A DNA stretch of 61,297 bases, counting the filler. It is 6 parts of 6 records of this genome, joined end to end, with 100 filler letters (N's around TTAATTAATTAA, not from the genome) between each part and the next. Parts side by side here need not be neighbours in the genome. Positions count along the whole stretch, not along the records: positions 34,760 to 49,149 come from SRR31156797_24402; positions 49,250 to 54,413 come from SRR31156797_24439; 4 more parts are not named here. One strand, given 5' to 3'. Below, one piece after another: positions 41,508-51,583 of the stretch. Under the pieces are notes generated by a model. The model saw nothing but the letters and a program-made list of their open reading frames with translations, had not been told where the DNA came from and made no database searches. Positions within the stretch are counted from its first letter, which is position 1; every line of letters begins with the position of its first letter. The position numbers and the translations under genes are program-made.

Positions 41508-42700
41508 GACAGCCAATGAGTCATGTCGCATATAATAATTTGGATGTATTTATACCCATGCCGGTTTATCCGGTTATTGAGGATGTGGGTTGGTGGGAGG
41601 GGCAGGATGGATCAGCTGTTGGGCAACCATATCGTAACGGGTTCCCCAGGCGCCACTGTCTTGCAGATTACCAAGCCCTTGTCCGGTTGGCTGACAGGAT
41701 GGGGATACGTGTTGGCCTGGGGATGGTTCTCTGTGAATGGGACCGATCCAACCTGCTCTGCGAGATAACTGGTGCCACTTGGTTGGGAAAAAAATGGAAT
41801 AACAACGAAAATATTGGGCCATGGCTTGATGAAGCTGCAGAATATTTACGTAACCAGCAAGCGTCCCTGGAACTCGGATTGCACGCACTTTGTCACGAAT
41901 TTTGGTACAAAGGGAAGATGGAACGCTCCGAATTTCACGACAGCCATGGCAATATGCGCTCAAGTCAGGTGATTAAGTCTCATCTTGATGCTTACAGAAT
42001 AATTCTCGAACAAAATGGATTTACTGAGTTTCCTCGTCTTTTTATTCCTCCTGCTCTCAATCACAGCTTTGGCAACGGCAAAAAATCGATCCAGAGCATC
42101 CTTTATGATTATGGCATTCGTCATGTGATAACACGTTTTTCCAGGGCACGACGTTTTGCTTCGCCGCATCATGAAAAGATTACCTGGGAATGCGGCGTGG
42201 GCCTTTTGGAAAGAGGGCTGTCACCTGTCCCGTGGAATATGTCGGCAAGTCCACCAGATTGGGATTTTTCTGGACCAATCCTGCCTCTGCATTGGGGAAA
42301 TTTGTTGCATCCTGATCCTGGGCATAACAGTGATATTGTAGATGGATGGGCAGATATACTGCTTGCAGGCACAACAGGGCCTGAACGGATTTTGTCCGAA
42401 AATTATGATAGCTGCTGGCGGCAGGCGGCAATCTTCTATTTTGGCAAGCTCTCTGTTGATGGTGAGTCAATTGTTGTTGATCTGCGAGCACTTCCAAAAG
42501 ATATGCCGGAGAGGAGAGGACCCTTTTTTCTAAAGATAAAGGGCCGACCATCGAAGCAACTACACACCAAAGGGGCACAAGTTTTATCAACCTATTCTGC
42601 TGATAGTGGGATATCCATCATGCATTTGCTACCGGATAAAGGAAAAAAAAGAATACGGATCAGTTTGGGCAAAGGGCCGGCGCCCAGTCCTCGTCCTTAA
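41504..42700 (+). CDS. putative polysaccharide deacetylase-like (NodB/CE4 fold) protein
   Basis: IEDVGW, ELGLHALCH (HxxxH), FIPP motifs; coupled to the upstream gene. Confidence 0.5.
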   Translation: MRQPMSHVAYNNLDVFIPMPVYPVIEDVGWWEGQDGSAVGQPYRNGFPRRHCLADYQALVRLADRMGIRVGLGMVLCEWDRSNLLCEITGATWLGKKWNNNENIGPWLDEAAEYLRNQQASLELGLHALCHEFWYKGKMERSEFHDSHGNMRSSQVIKSHLDAYRIILEQNGFTEFPRLFIPPALNHSFGNGKKSIQSILYDYGIRHVITRFSRARRFASPHHEKITWECGVGLLERGLSPVPWNMSASPPDWDFSGPILPLHWGNLLHPDPGHNSDIVDGWADILLAGTTGPERILSENYDSCWRQAAIFYFGKLSVDGESIVVDLRALPKDMPERRGPFFLKIKGRPSKQLHTKGAQVLSTYSADSGISIMHLLPDKGKKRIRISLGKGPAPSPRP

Positions 42701-43013
42701 AAAGAATCGCGAAATAAGGGACGTATCACGATAAAATGTGAATCTTTGCAAATCAATCGGGCCCAGACCACGATATATCTTGGTAGCGGTTGGTCAGATG
42801 TTGGGCACTCTATAGAAATAAACCTGAAATCATTGGTGAAAAGTAGTCCGACGTGGGTTCGGCTCTCTCGGGATCTATAGACCGAAACTGCCGGGCTATA
42901 TTTCAGGTGTAAGGTGAGTGATAGCTGGACATAGGTCTGTATCGCAGAAATACCACAGATATATCAAAGGGTTGGTTTGAACTACGGAATACCATATAGC
43001 TAATTTGCTGTTT

Positions 43014-43041
43014 GTAGCTTCGAACCTTACCGTTCCGACCA
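43014..43041 (+). mobile_element. degenerate tRNA-Pro-like 3' fragment (att-site remnant)
   Basis: GTAGC-TTCGAAC-CTTAC-CGTTCCG-A-CCA: T-arm, acceptor strand and CCA, with no 5' half. Confidence 0.5.
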
Positions 43042-43300
43042 TTTAAATAAAAAGCTGAACAGTTTGTGTTGTTCGTTTTTTGAAATTCTTGCCCTCTATC
43101 TTCTATTTTACGTTCTATTCATTTCAGTATAATTTTCCCTATAACAGTCAGCGGGTTTTGCAGAATATGAAGACTGGGTATAAAAAAGTTAAGGAAATTG
43201 ATCAAGTTCTCGATTAATTTCACTTTGCCTCTTTTATTGCTGTTTTAGGGCCATGTAAATGATTTCCATCAAATTAAAATATATAAAGAAGGAGTAGCGG

Positions 43301-43693
43301 ATGAAGCTTTCTGGGGTAGTTGCATGTGTTTGTTTTGTAGGGTTTATTGGAGTAAATGCTGCAAGTGCACTGCAGCCGCCTGATTATCGGGACTACTGCG
43401 TAAAGTACGAGCCAAGAACTAATGTGCAGAGTTGTGTGTCAAGGCAAGAGATAGCCAGAAAACGTTTAACAAGTCGAGTTTACGAAAAATCTGTGGTTGA
43501 AACTTGTGCGGATCAATATGGATATTCAGATAGAGGGACTGTTCTTACTGATTGGGTGAAGGCTGATCAGTGTGCAAAACAAGAACAGCGTAGGGTAGAT
43601 GAAGAACGAGAAATACGTGCTGCAGGTGATCGAGATAATGCTGTTACAAGATATTTAGATGGAACTCCTAAGGCAGAGCATCGAGAATATTGA
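43301..43693 (+). CDS. secreted hypothetical protein with four Cys in the mature region
   Basis: AAGGAG SD, signal peptide ending ASA. Confidence 0.7.
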   Translation: MKLSGVVACVCFVGFIGVNAASALQPPDYRDYCVKYEPRTNVQSCVSRQEIARKRLTSRVYEKSVVETCADQYGYSDRGTVLTDWVKADQCAKQEQRRVDEEREIRAAGDRDNAVTRYLDGTPKAEHREY

Positions 43694-43978
43694 GAAAGAA
43701 TGAGGCGGCATGAGTAATAGGAGCGTACAAGGATAAATGTAAAATCAGAATGCCAGTAGCAAATACAGTTATCCCCTCTTTGTTCGTTTGCCACATGTTT
43801 GCAACCGTCCCCTCAAGCGTTGAAATACTGGATGGGGGCAAGGGGGCAACTTCCGGCGTCCCCACCATTTACTTGTAATCATGGCAAAAAAAATGGTCAG
43901 TTGAATCAATGGCTGGCTTTATCCTTTTCTTTATCCGTTGTTAAGGCGACTGGCACGATGACGAAAAGGAGTTTGATA

Positions 43979-44146
43979 TTGATCACTTCACCTGTGGCTG
44001 TACAGCCCAACCATAGTTTCGGACTCAAATATGTTTACCTTCATTCGGCAAGCGGGCTGGTCCTCCGGCTTTGCTTGCCGAAGGCATTGGTGCAGTATGT
44101 AGGGAGACAAGAGGTTTGGTATGTTGATAAATCGTCAAAAAGTTGA
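43979..44146 (+). pseudogene. remnant of an integrase N-terminal (DUF6538-like) domain
   Basis: YVYLHSASGLVLRLCLPKALVQYVGRQEVWY resembles the Y..R..GYYFR.RVP.DL...VG..E..S pattern; AAGGAG SD; truncated. Confidence 0.45.
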
Positions 44147-44593
44147 CATGAACAGGGGGCGCATAACGTAGTAAGGCGATTTATCGAAAAATTTGATATG
44201 AAAGTAATCACTGAAGAACTTAGTCACTGTGGGTGAGATAAGAGGTTTAAGGGGGATGGAGTGAAAACGAGAGTCACAGGTGGTGTCCTGCGGTCCTCCC
44301 TGGTGGCTTATATCGTGAAATAGGCGTTAACACTCACCGTTGTTAGTCTGGAAGAGAGGACTTGCGGCTGCCTGTTCCCTAGTGCAGGCAGCCATGGCCG
44401 TACTAAAGGGTTGATGCCAGAAATACTTTTCTTGCTTCAGGCATCAGAGTCTACGGACATCATGCGGAATTTTATCTTCTATTGGCGCCAGGGTGCAGCC
44501 AAAAAATGCACTCAAAGTAAACAGCGTTACTGGCAGTGCTATTGTTTAAATGCAAACTGTAGGTAGTATGTGAGGTAGCGTAATAAAAACATA

Positions 44594-44833
44594 TTACATG
44601 TGACCCCTCACTTTGTGCCATACTCGTATTTGCTTATTCGTTTTGCGCCACCCTCGCCTGAGCAGCAGGTAAGGCCAGAGGGTGCTGATTAGGCAAATGC
44701 CAAGCCCGACTAGCTTGTCTGAGCTACCTTCTTGCTCAACCATTATCTTTCCCGCCTTTTGTTTAAGGTCGGTTTGCAATAAATATAATGTGTAGGCAGC
44801 CGTTATTAATGCGTATATTATTAATGTTTTCAT
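44594..44833 (-). CDS. small membrane protein (two TM segments)
   Basis: GAGGTGG SD; two hydrophobic stretches, WP motif, basic tail. Confidence 0.6.
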   Translation of the reverse strand: MKTLIIYALITAAYTLYLLQTDLKQKAGKIMVEQEGSSDKLVGLGICLISTLWPYLLLRRGWRKTNKQIRVWHKVRGHM

Positions 44834-44911
44834 TCCCCACCTCTGGTTGATGGTATACGTAATTACATTATAGAAGCGAACCGCACATCATCTGCTATTG
44901 CGCCATCATGA

Positions 44912-45130
44912 CTATTCTGTCGGGCAACTCTTGATAATTGCAGCCAAGCCCTGACTCTCGTCATGCAGTGATGGCCTTTTAATTTTCCGTGTTGCTATTT
45001 CAATCGTGTAACTCGAATTACCGGCTTGGTACTTCAGGTTACGCAATGGTAACTGGGGTGAGTGTGGCTCAAGAATCTTTGAAAAGCTTTTTGCGCAGAT
45101 TTCAGTGAAGCTATCCCACACTACGGGCAT
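44912..45130 (-). CDS. possible small protein (72 aa) under a sigma54 promoter
   Basis: AAGGA upstream; directly follows a strong sigma54 promoter. Confidence 0.35.
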   Translation of the reverse strand: MPVVWDSFTEICAKSFSKILEPHSPQLPLRNLKYQAGNSSYTIEIATRKIKRPSLHDESQGLAAIIKSCPTE

Positions 45131-45199
45131 TTACCAATCAGGTCCTTCTCAATCGGTTATCCTTTTCATACCGATGTTCCGTGGTTACAATAATGTTTA

Positions 45200-45215
45200 A
45201 GCAAAAATGATGCCA
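45200..45215 (-). promoter_or_regulatory. sigma54 (-24/-12) promoter
   Basis: Minus strand TGGCATCATTTTTGCT; perfect palindrome CAATTTTATAAAATTG (45302-45317) upstream as candidate UAS. Confidence 0.7.
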
Positions 45216-45941
45216 TTTAAAAGCAGCAGGCTTCTTGTATCAGGGTATGAGGACTAGACCGGATTTCTCATGAGCATTGCGTCAATTTGTTTAATTGCAA
45301 ACAATTTTATAAAATTGGGTGGAAATACAAGGGATTGCAAATGTGCACAATCTTCACCAAAGGTAAGTCCATCCTGCAGCATTTTCTTCAGTATTTTGGC
45401 AATGAATATTGACGACTATGATTCATAACCAAAAACTTTGAACTTGACACTGCCTGAATCGATGAGAAATTCGGACTAGCCGTGAAAAAGGCTAGAGACA
45501 AGGGAGGGGCGCTGGTAAGCAGCGGCGTGGCTGAGATTATAATAGTTATCGGGCAAGCGGGAGAGAAGAGTTTTGAAGCTCTATGCGAACAGGAAACCAC
45601 CTGGTAGCCTGCGAAGTTGATGGCCACTCTGTTCGATTTTTCTATCCCGATGATTATCGAACAGCAGAAAAAGATTTTCGAGTGTGGGGAGCTGGATACC
45701 CGTTCAGTTACTAGGAAATTATGAAGAGGAGCAAAAAATCAATTTTTTTCTATGCTTCTGTTTGAATTTGCGTCAAAATTATGGCGTGCCCTGCGACCAG
45801 GAAAGCTGTTGTTGTCACGCCTTCCTGGTGGGAGTCGGAGCAGTATCAAAAGAGCGGGGTCAGGTTTTGAGATTTTTTTTCAGTTTTAGAAAATCATATT
45901 TTTCAAGACGTGACAGCATCGCAGCCTTTTTTCTTAATTAC

Positions 45942-46259
45942 TCAATCTTCTTCGTTTATTTCCAAAATTTCTTTAGGCTTTTTGGTTCGATAACCGGGTT
46001 TGACTAGAATTTCCAAATAAAAAGAATCGAGCTGTTTTGCTTCAGCCTCAGAGATGTGTTTGTTAATGGTGGATAGATGGATAACTTCACTCGTTGCTTC
46101 ATCAACGCCGAACCGGCAGTCAAAATCCCAAAAGTCGACACCCGAGGGGAGAGTCTTGTTGCGTTCTCTTTTTATATATTTTTTGACTTCATATTTAATG
46201 GCTTCAACGAGCCGTGGCAGTTTGAGCTTTGGGTGGGTCAGCTTAAATGTTTTTTTCAT
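45942..46259 (-). CDS. DUF6172-like protein
   Basis: MKKTFKL..KY.KRER.K.LP.GVDFWDFDCRFG...FYLEIL.KPG. Confidence 0.8.
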   Translation of the reverse strand: MKKTFKLTHPKLKLPRLVEAIKYEVKKYIKRERNKTLPSGVDFWDFDCRFGVDEATSEVIHLSTINKHISEAEAKQLDSFYLEILVKPGYRTKKPKEILEINEED

Positions 46260-46292
46260 AGTGATTCCAAAAGGTGTTTTTGTTCGTATTTA

Positions 46293-47108
46293 TTATTTAA
46301 GAGAGCTGTATGCTCCCGTCCATTCCAGGTTCGTTTGTAAAGCTATTTTCAATGTCTGTTCCATACCCTCCCTGTGGGATCCTGGCCAGTAAATTCTATT
46401 GCAGGCCGTGCAGTGTGAAAAGTCATTATAAAATTTTTTGGTTAGTGGCTCTAAGTCGTTCAGGATATCCTTTTTGGCGATCAGTTGCAGGACGTTATTG
46501 CAATGAATACAGCGGCTGAATGGATTGATTTTGTTGTGTAGACCGTAATAGTTGAGTATTTCTGCCAGTTGCTTGGTCGGGTTCTGGGATCGGATCAGGT
46601 GGCCATGGTCAATGTTTTTCCGTCGCAGCAGGCCGCGATCTCTGCTGAGTACTATACACTGTTTTTGTACAGCTACCTGGGCGAGCTCGCTGTCTGTAAG
46701 GTCGGGCTCATATAGGGTGTCCATACCGATCATGCGTAGGTAGGTTCGCAGTTTTGCCACATTAACATCAACCAGAAACCGTAGGTGTGGAAGTGGGTTC
46801 GGCCTGAGAAGCGATTTTCTGCACGGGTCGACTGGAATACCGAGGGGATAGACTTGTATGTGGTCACCAGGACAGAGCAACCAGGAAAAGTCCACTGCGT
46901 TGTCGTTGACTAGGATAGAGCCGACTTCTGTATGGGGGATATTAAAGGATTCTATTGCGTCCTTGATGGACGTTCGCCTACCGAGGGTATGGGGTATCGT
47001 TTCTTGGTGCCGAAAAGAGGCGGTCAGGAGAGGGCGCAGCCTTTCATGAAAAGATACATCTATCTCCATGGCATCGTTCCATGTGCCTGATCTCTTTGCC
47101 GCAGTCAT
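46293..47108 (-). CDS. Mut7-C RNase (PIN) domain protein with ubiquitin-like N-terminus and Zn ribbon
   Basis: SIKDAIES..IPHTEV, FLVDVNV, LSRDRGL, SRCIHCN...CTACNRIYWPGSH. Confidence 0.9.
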   Translation of the reverse strand: MTAAKRSGTWNDAMEIDVSFHERLRPLLTASFRHQETIPHTLGRRTSIKDAIESFNIPHTEVGSILVNDNAVDFSWLLCPGDHIQVYPLGIPVDPCRKSLLRPNPLPHLRFLVDVNVAKLRTYLRMIGMDTLYEPDLTDSELAQVAVQKQCIVLSRDRGLLRRKNIDHGHLIRSQNPTKQLAEILNYYGLHNKINPFSRCIHCNNVLQLIAKKDILNDLEPLTKKFYNDFSHCTACNRIYWPGSHREGMEQTLKIALQTNLEWTGAYSSLK

Positions 47109-47563
47109 AGTTCGTTGTTTTCGTTCTCCGCATACATATCATCCCACCTATTTGCCCTGGTGTCCTGTCATCCATCAACTGTTGCTGAGAATTAGTTACA
47201 TAGGGATATTTTTCGTTCAAGGTTAAGGCAAGCGAAAAAATGATTATACAGGATGGCCTATAGCTGTTGAGTCTTATAGTATAATTATTGATAGACTTTT
47301 TACGAGTCCATCATGGTTTTTCGTTCAATATATAGCCGCCTCACTATCTTAGCTGGTTTGGAAATACAGGTGTGGAAGGCTCCAGTGTCCCGTCAGCGAT
47401 GTTCTGATGTATCTTGCTTGTCCCTTTTCGCACCTCTGGTTGCGAGGCATGAGTCACATGGAACCATTATGCACCACATGTCCAGCAGCCATAGATAAGA
47501 AAAATTACGGTCCAGTACATCGCTAGTTCATTGGTGATGTGACACTGGTCACAGCACGGGAGC

Positions 47564-48898
47564 GTGACGAAAATGATCGAGAACGTCATTATCATGGGAG
47601 CAGCTGGTCGGGATTTTCACAACTTCAATGTCTATTTTAAAGACAACCCACGCTATAGAGTCATTGCTATAACAGCAACCCAGATCCCGGATATAGCAGG
47701 ACGTGTTTATCCGTCGTCGTTGGCCGGTGATCTCTATCCCCAGGGTATTCCCATATATCATGAAAAAGAGCTGTGCAGATTGATCCGTCACCATGCCGTG
47801 GACCTGGTGGCATTTTCCTACAGTGATGTACGCCATACAGATATCATGCATATCGCATCCTCTGTGATGGCAGCAGGTGCGGATTTCACCTTAATCGGTG
47901 CGACCTATACCATGCTTCGTTCACGCAAACCTGTGGTGGCGATATGTGCTGTCCGGACCGGTTGCGGCAAATCGCAAACCACACGGCACGTATCCGCACT
48001 TTTGCAGGGTATGGAAAAAAAGGTGGTAGTGGTGCGTCACCCCATGCCTTATGGCAATTTAACCAGGCAGATGGTGCAGCGGTTTGCTTCGTATAAAGAT
48101 TTTAAAACCCATAACTGTACCATTGAAGAACGGGAGGAGTATGAACCGCTGGTAGACCAGGGGCTTGTTGTCTATGCAGGGGTGGACTATAAAAAAATTC
48201 TTTCTGCTGCCGAAGAGGAGGCGGACGTAGTGGTGTGGGACGGTGGAAACAATGATACGCCCTTTTTTTATCCGGACGTACATATCACCCTTTTTGACCC
48301 CCATCGGGCAGGGCATGAGCTTTTGTATTATCCTGGAGAAACAAATATGCTCATGGCCGATATCGCGATTATTAATAAGGTCGACAGTGCTCGCAGCGAT
48401 CAAATTGCGAAGGTGAAGGCTAATATAGAAAAGTTTGCTCCCCAGGCTGATATTGTCCTCGCTGAGTCTGCCCTAAAGGTTGAAGCGCCGGAAATAATCA
48501 GGGGTAAAAGGGTACTGGTTGTGGAAGACGGTCCCACTCTGACACATGGTGGAATGGAGTTTGGTGCGGGAGTATTGGCTGCAATGCGATTTAAGGCACG
48601 GGAATTGATCAACCCCAGGCCATATGCAGTGGGCAGTATCAGCGAAACTTATGAAAAATATCCGCACCTGCAGCGAGTGCTTCCAGCCATGGGGTATGGG
48701 AGGAGACAGATGGAAGACTTGGAGGCAACTATTAACCAGACGCCGTGTGACTTGGTTCTTTTTGCAACTCCCATTGATTTGCCTCACCTGCTCACTATTA
48801 CCAAGCCAACCTTGCGCATCCAGTATGCATATAAAGATCATGGAGAGCCAAGGTTGAAAACGGTTCTTGAACAACGGGTTCGCCTGTTGGCTGGGTAA
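47564..48898 (+). CDS. COG2403 P-loop protein (often annotated cyclic 2,3-diphosphoglycerate synthase/GTPase); probable arginine synthetase ArcE
   Basis: GAAGRDFHNFN, TQIPDI, AVRTGCGKSQ, RHPMPYG, TIEEREEYEP, WDGGNND, EDGPTLTHG. Confidence 0.75.
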   Translation: MTKMIENVIIMGAAGRDFHNFNVYFKDNPRYRVIAITATQIPDIAGRVYPSSLAGDLYPQGIPIYHEKELCRLIRHHAVDLVAFSYSDVRHTDIMHIASSVMAAGADFTLIGATYTMLRSRKPVVAICAVRTGCGKSQTTRHVSALLQGMEKKVVVVRHPMPYGNLTRQMVQRFASYKDFKTHNCTIEEREEYEPLVDQGLVVYAGVDYKKILSAAEEEADVVVWDGGNNDTPFFYPDVHITLFDPHRAGHELLYYPGETNMLMADIAIINKVDSARSDQIAKVKANIEKFAPQADIVLAESALKVEAPEIIRGKRVLVVEDGPTLTHGGMEFGAGVLAAMRFKARELINPRPYAVGSISETYEKYPHLQRVLPAMGYGRRQMEDLEATINQTPCDLVLFATPIDLPHLLTITKPTLRIQYAYKDHGEPRLKTVLEQRVRLLAG

Positions 48899-49149
48899 TT
48901 GGCTGATGAGGTGGTGCGTTGGGCTCTAAAATGGTGTTTCCCAGGTGCTCGTCTTTTTCAATCTTACCGAGATGTATGGTGTAAGCGATTACTGATGATA
49001 AGAGAGGTGAGAGTGGTTGCCGTTGTTAGACGCTCTAGAGATGATATCAGTGATTCTGCATTTAAGGAGCGATGCAAGGACGAAAGCCGGGAGGTGCCGG
49101 TGTTTGAATGTTGTATAATTATTCAGCAGCACCCCACGGAGTCTGCGCT

Positions 49150-49249
49150 NNNNNNNNNNNNNNNNNNNNNNNNNNNNNNNNNNNNNNNNNNNNTTAATTA
49201 ATTAANNNNNNNNNNNNNNNNNNNNNNNNNNNNNNNNNNNNNNNNNNNN
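49150..49249. other. artificial contig linker
   Basis: N-run with TTAATTAATTAA. Confidence 0.98.
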
Positions 49250-49671
49250 TGACCCGAATTGAGAGGATTATAGCGGTTCTCATCCAGATCCCGATCCATG
49301 TTCTTCTTGTAATCCATGAGCAGAACCATGGCGACCAGGTGCATCCCCCGGGAGAGGATCCTTTCGTCGCCGCCGCTGAAGTGGCAAAAGGGAATAAGGG
49401 GCCGCATGATATCCATATGCTCATTGGGCTGGTCGTTGTATACATCGTTGACCGGGCTGTCCTTGCTCAACAGAAAGAGGGACAGATTGGTAAAGCCGTC
49501 CTGAACGGGATTGTCCGTGGAGGCGATATGGGGAAGCATGCCTATAAGGCGGCAGAGACGGTGTTCCAGAATGATCTGTTTCTTCATTGCGAACTGAGGC
49601 ATCCCCATCAGGACCTCATCAACCAGAGACTCCCATATTTCAGGGGAATTAATAAATCGAGCTTCGTACAC
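49250..49671 (-). CDS. hypothetical protein (3' truncated)
   Basis: AGGAGAGG SD before GTG 49671; frame open to the contig end. Confidence 0.6.
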
Positions 49672-49896
49672 GTGATACCTCTCCTTTTCTCCAGATAAGC
49701 AGATTTTCACATCGAATATTGCTTTTGTATATCATCCAAAAGGATGATATTGATCATCATGGCCCTTTTTACGGCGTTTTTGACCTCATTTACGTCCTTT
49801 TTTATCTATAATAACTCTAATAATTGAGAAACCAGATCTCAAGCCGATTATTAACATATTTCTGTTAACGCCCGAGTGTCTGTAGGAGAGCCAAGG

Positions 49897-50376
49897 ATGA
49901 AGATAACCGTAATCAGCGTTGGAAAGCTGAAAGAGAAATACTGGAGGGGCGCCGTCGAGGAGTATGCGAAGAGGCTCTCCCGCTACGGAACCCTGAACCT
50001 GGTCGAAGTGGCCGACGAGAAATGCCCGGAAAACGCAAGCGAAGAGGACAGGAACATTGTCCGCAGAAAGGAGGGGGAAAGGATCGCGGCCAGGATCCCG
50101 GAAGGGGCCTTTCTGGTCACACTTGAGATAGGAGGGAAGGAGATGGGCTCAGAAGGCTTCGCCGCTTTTCTGGACGGCCTCCCCCACAAGGGACACTCCC
50201 ATGCCGTATTCGTCATCGGAGGCTCCCTGGGTCTGGAGCCGGGGCTCTGCCGAAAAAGCGGGCTCTCCCTCTCCTTCGGCCCCATGACCTTTCCCCATCA
50301 GATGATGAAGGCGATGCTGCTCGAACAGATCTATCGGGCCTTCCGGATCAACAGGAACGAGCCCTATCATAAATAA
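49897..50376 (+). CDS. rlmH: 23S rRNA pseudouridine-1915 N3-methyltransferase
   Basis: VGKLKEKY, FVIGGSLG, MTFPHQ, EQIYRA, PYHK. Confidence 0.96.
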   Translation: MKITVISVGKLKEKYWRGAVEEYAKRLSRYGTLNLVEVADEKCPENASEEDRNIVRRKEGERIAARIPEGAFLVTLEIGGKEMGSEGFAAFLDGLPHKGHSHAVFVIGGSLGLEPGLCRKSGLSLSFGPMTFPHQMMKAMLLEQIYRAFRINRNEPYHK

Positions 50377-50447
50377 GCGGGTTCTCACTCCCCAATGGGA
50401 AGAGGGTTCTTGAAGGAGAAGTCGCCGGATGTCAGGTACAGGACCGG

Positions 50448-51527
50448 TCAGAACAGGGATGTGATAGCGGGATTCCCCTTCAGTCCCGCAAGAAGGCGGG
50501 GGCTCTGCCCCTCGCCGTCCTTCGTATCCGGATTGGAGCCTCCCCCCAGAAGCAGACGGACGGCGTCGGACCGCTCCGCCTCCACCGCATAGTGAAGGGC
50601 CGTGCGGCCCCTTTCGTCCCGCACTTCGTCCCGGGCTCCCGCCCGGGCAAGCAGATTCAGGATCTCCCAGTTGCCCAGTCTGGCGGCGATGAGAAGCGGG
50701 GGATATCCCCTGGGATCGCTTGCCGAGAGATCCGCCCCCTGCTCCAGAAGCATGCGGCAGATATAGAACTGACCATTGAAAACGGCCTCCACGAGATCCC
50801 CTCCCGCCTGCCTGACGGGGGCGAAGCCCACGGTCAGATGGGCGCCGATCACCCGGTAACGCCACCGGGGCGCTTCTGCCCGGACCGCCGTTTTTTCCAG
50901 GGTGACCAGGGCGCAGCGCTTCTCATAGGGGCTGAGGACATGCCCTTTGAGTATCAGATCTTCCACGACCGGCTGCCCCGGTTTCGGGCTGTAGGAGTAG
51001 ACGGTTTTGGCGGTGTTGCCGTTCCGAAAGAGGTCGATATGGATCTTCTTCGTATACCCGCCCGGGTATTCGGCACTCTCTGATCGATCCATGGAATAGG
51101 TCATGCGATAGCTGTCGTCCCCCCTCTGGAAGATCTGCCCCCCCGCCGTGACGCGGTCAACCGTCTTGATACCGAAGCGGATCAGCTGGGAGTGCCATTC
51201 GGGATGAAGCTCCCAGAGTTCCGCCGGACTCTGATCGCTCAGCAGAACCGCCTCGGGACTGGCATAAAGGAGTTTGTCTTCGATAAGGTCCAGGATCTGC
51301 CACTGCCAGATCCGGCTGCCCCCTTTTCCGGACGAAACGGTACCGTAGGCGAACTCGCCTTTCGCCGTCCAGCCCAGCACATAGAGAGACATGCGATCGA
51401 AATCAAAGGCCTCCAGCCTCACAGGCCCCTTCCAGTTCCCCGCGCACAAAGGAAACGCCACCGCGAGAAAGGTGATCGTCAGGAGATAGAGAAAAGGGCC
51501 GGCGGGCTGTCTTGAACTTCTGAACAT
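50448..51527 (-). CDS. secreted protein with C-terminal ankyrin repeats
   Basis: Signal peptide; GYPPLLIAA, GRTALHYAV, GQSP repeats. Confidence 0.8.
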   Translation of the reverse strand: MFRSSRQPAGPFLYLLTITFLAVAFPLCAGNWKGPVRLEAFDFDRMSLYVLGWTAKGEFAYGTVSSGKGGSRIWQWQILDLIEDKLLYASPEAVLLSDQSPAELWELHPEWHSQLIRFGIKTVDRVTAGGQIFQRGDDSYRMTYSMDRSESAEYPGGYTKKIHIDLFRNGNTAKTVYSYSPKPGQPVVEDLILKGHVLSPYEKRCALVTLEKTAVRAEAPRWRYRVIGAHLTVGFAPVRQAGGDLVEAVFNGQFYICRMLLEQGADLSASDPRGYPPLLIAARLGNWEILNLLARAGARDEVRDERGRTALHYAVEAERSDAVRLLLGGGSNPDTKDGEGQSPRLLAGLKGNPAITSLF

Positions 51528-51583
51528 GTATTCCTAATATAGCAAAAGTATTATAAAAAAACAGCTCTATCGAGGTAAAGCCA

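Noticed and set aside
37312-42724. 12-bp inverted repeat ACGTCCCTTATT/AATAAGGGACGT flanking the GT4 block as transposon ends
   Set aside because: Several 12-bp inverted matches are expected by chance in a 14-kb contig; no target duplication or transposase is seen.
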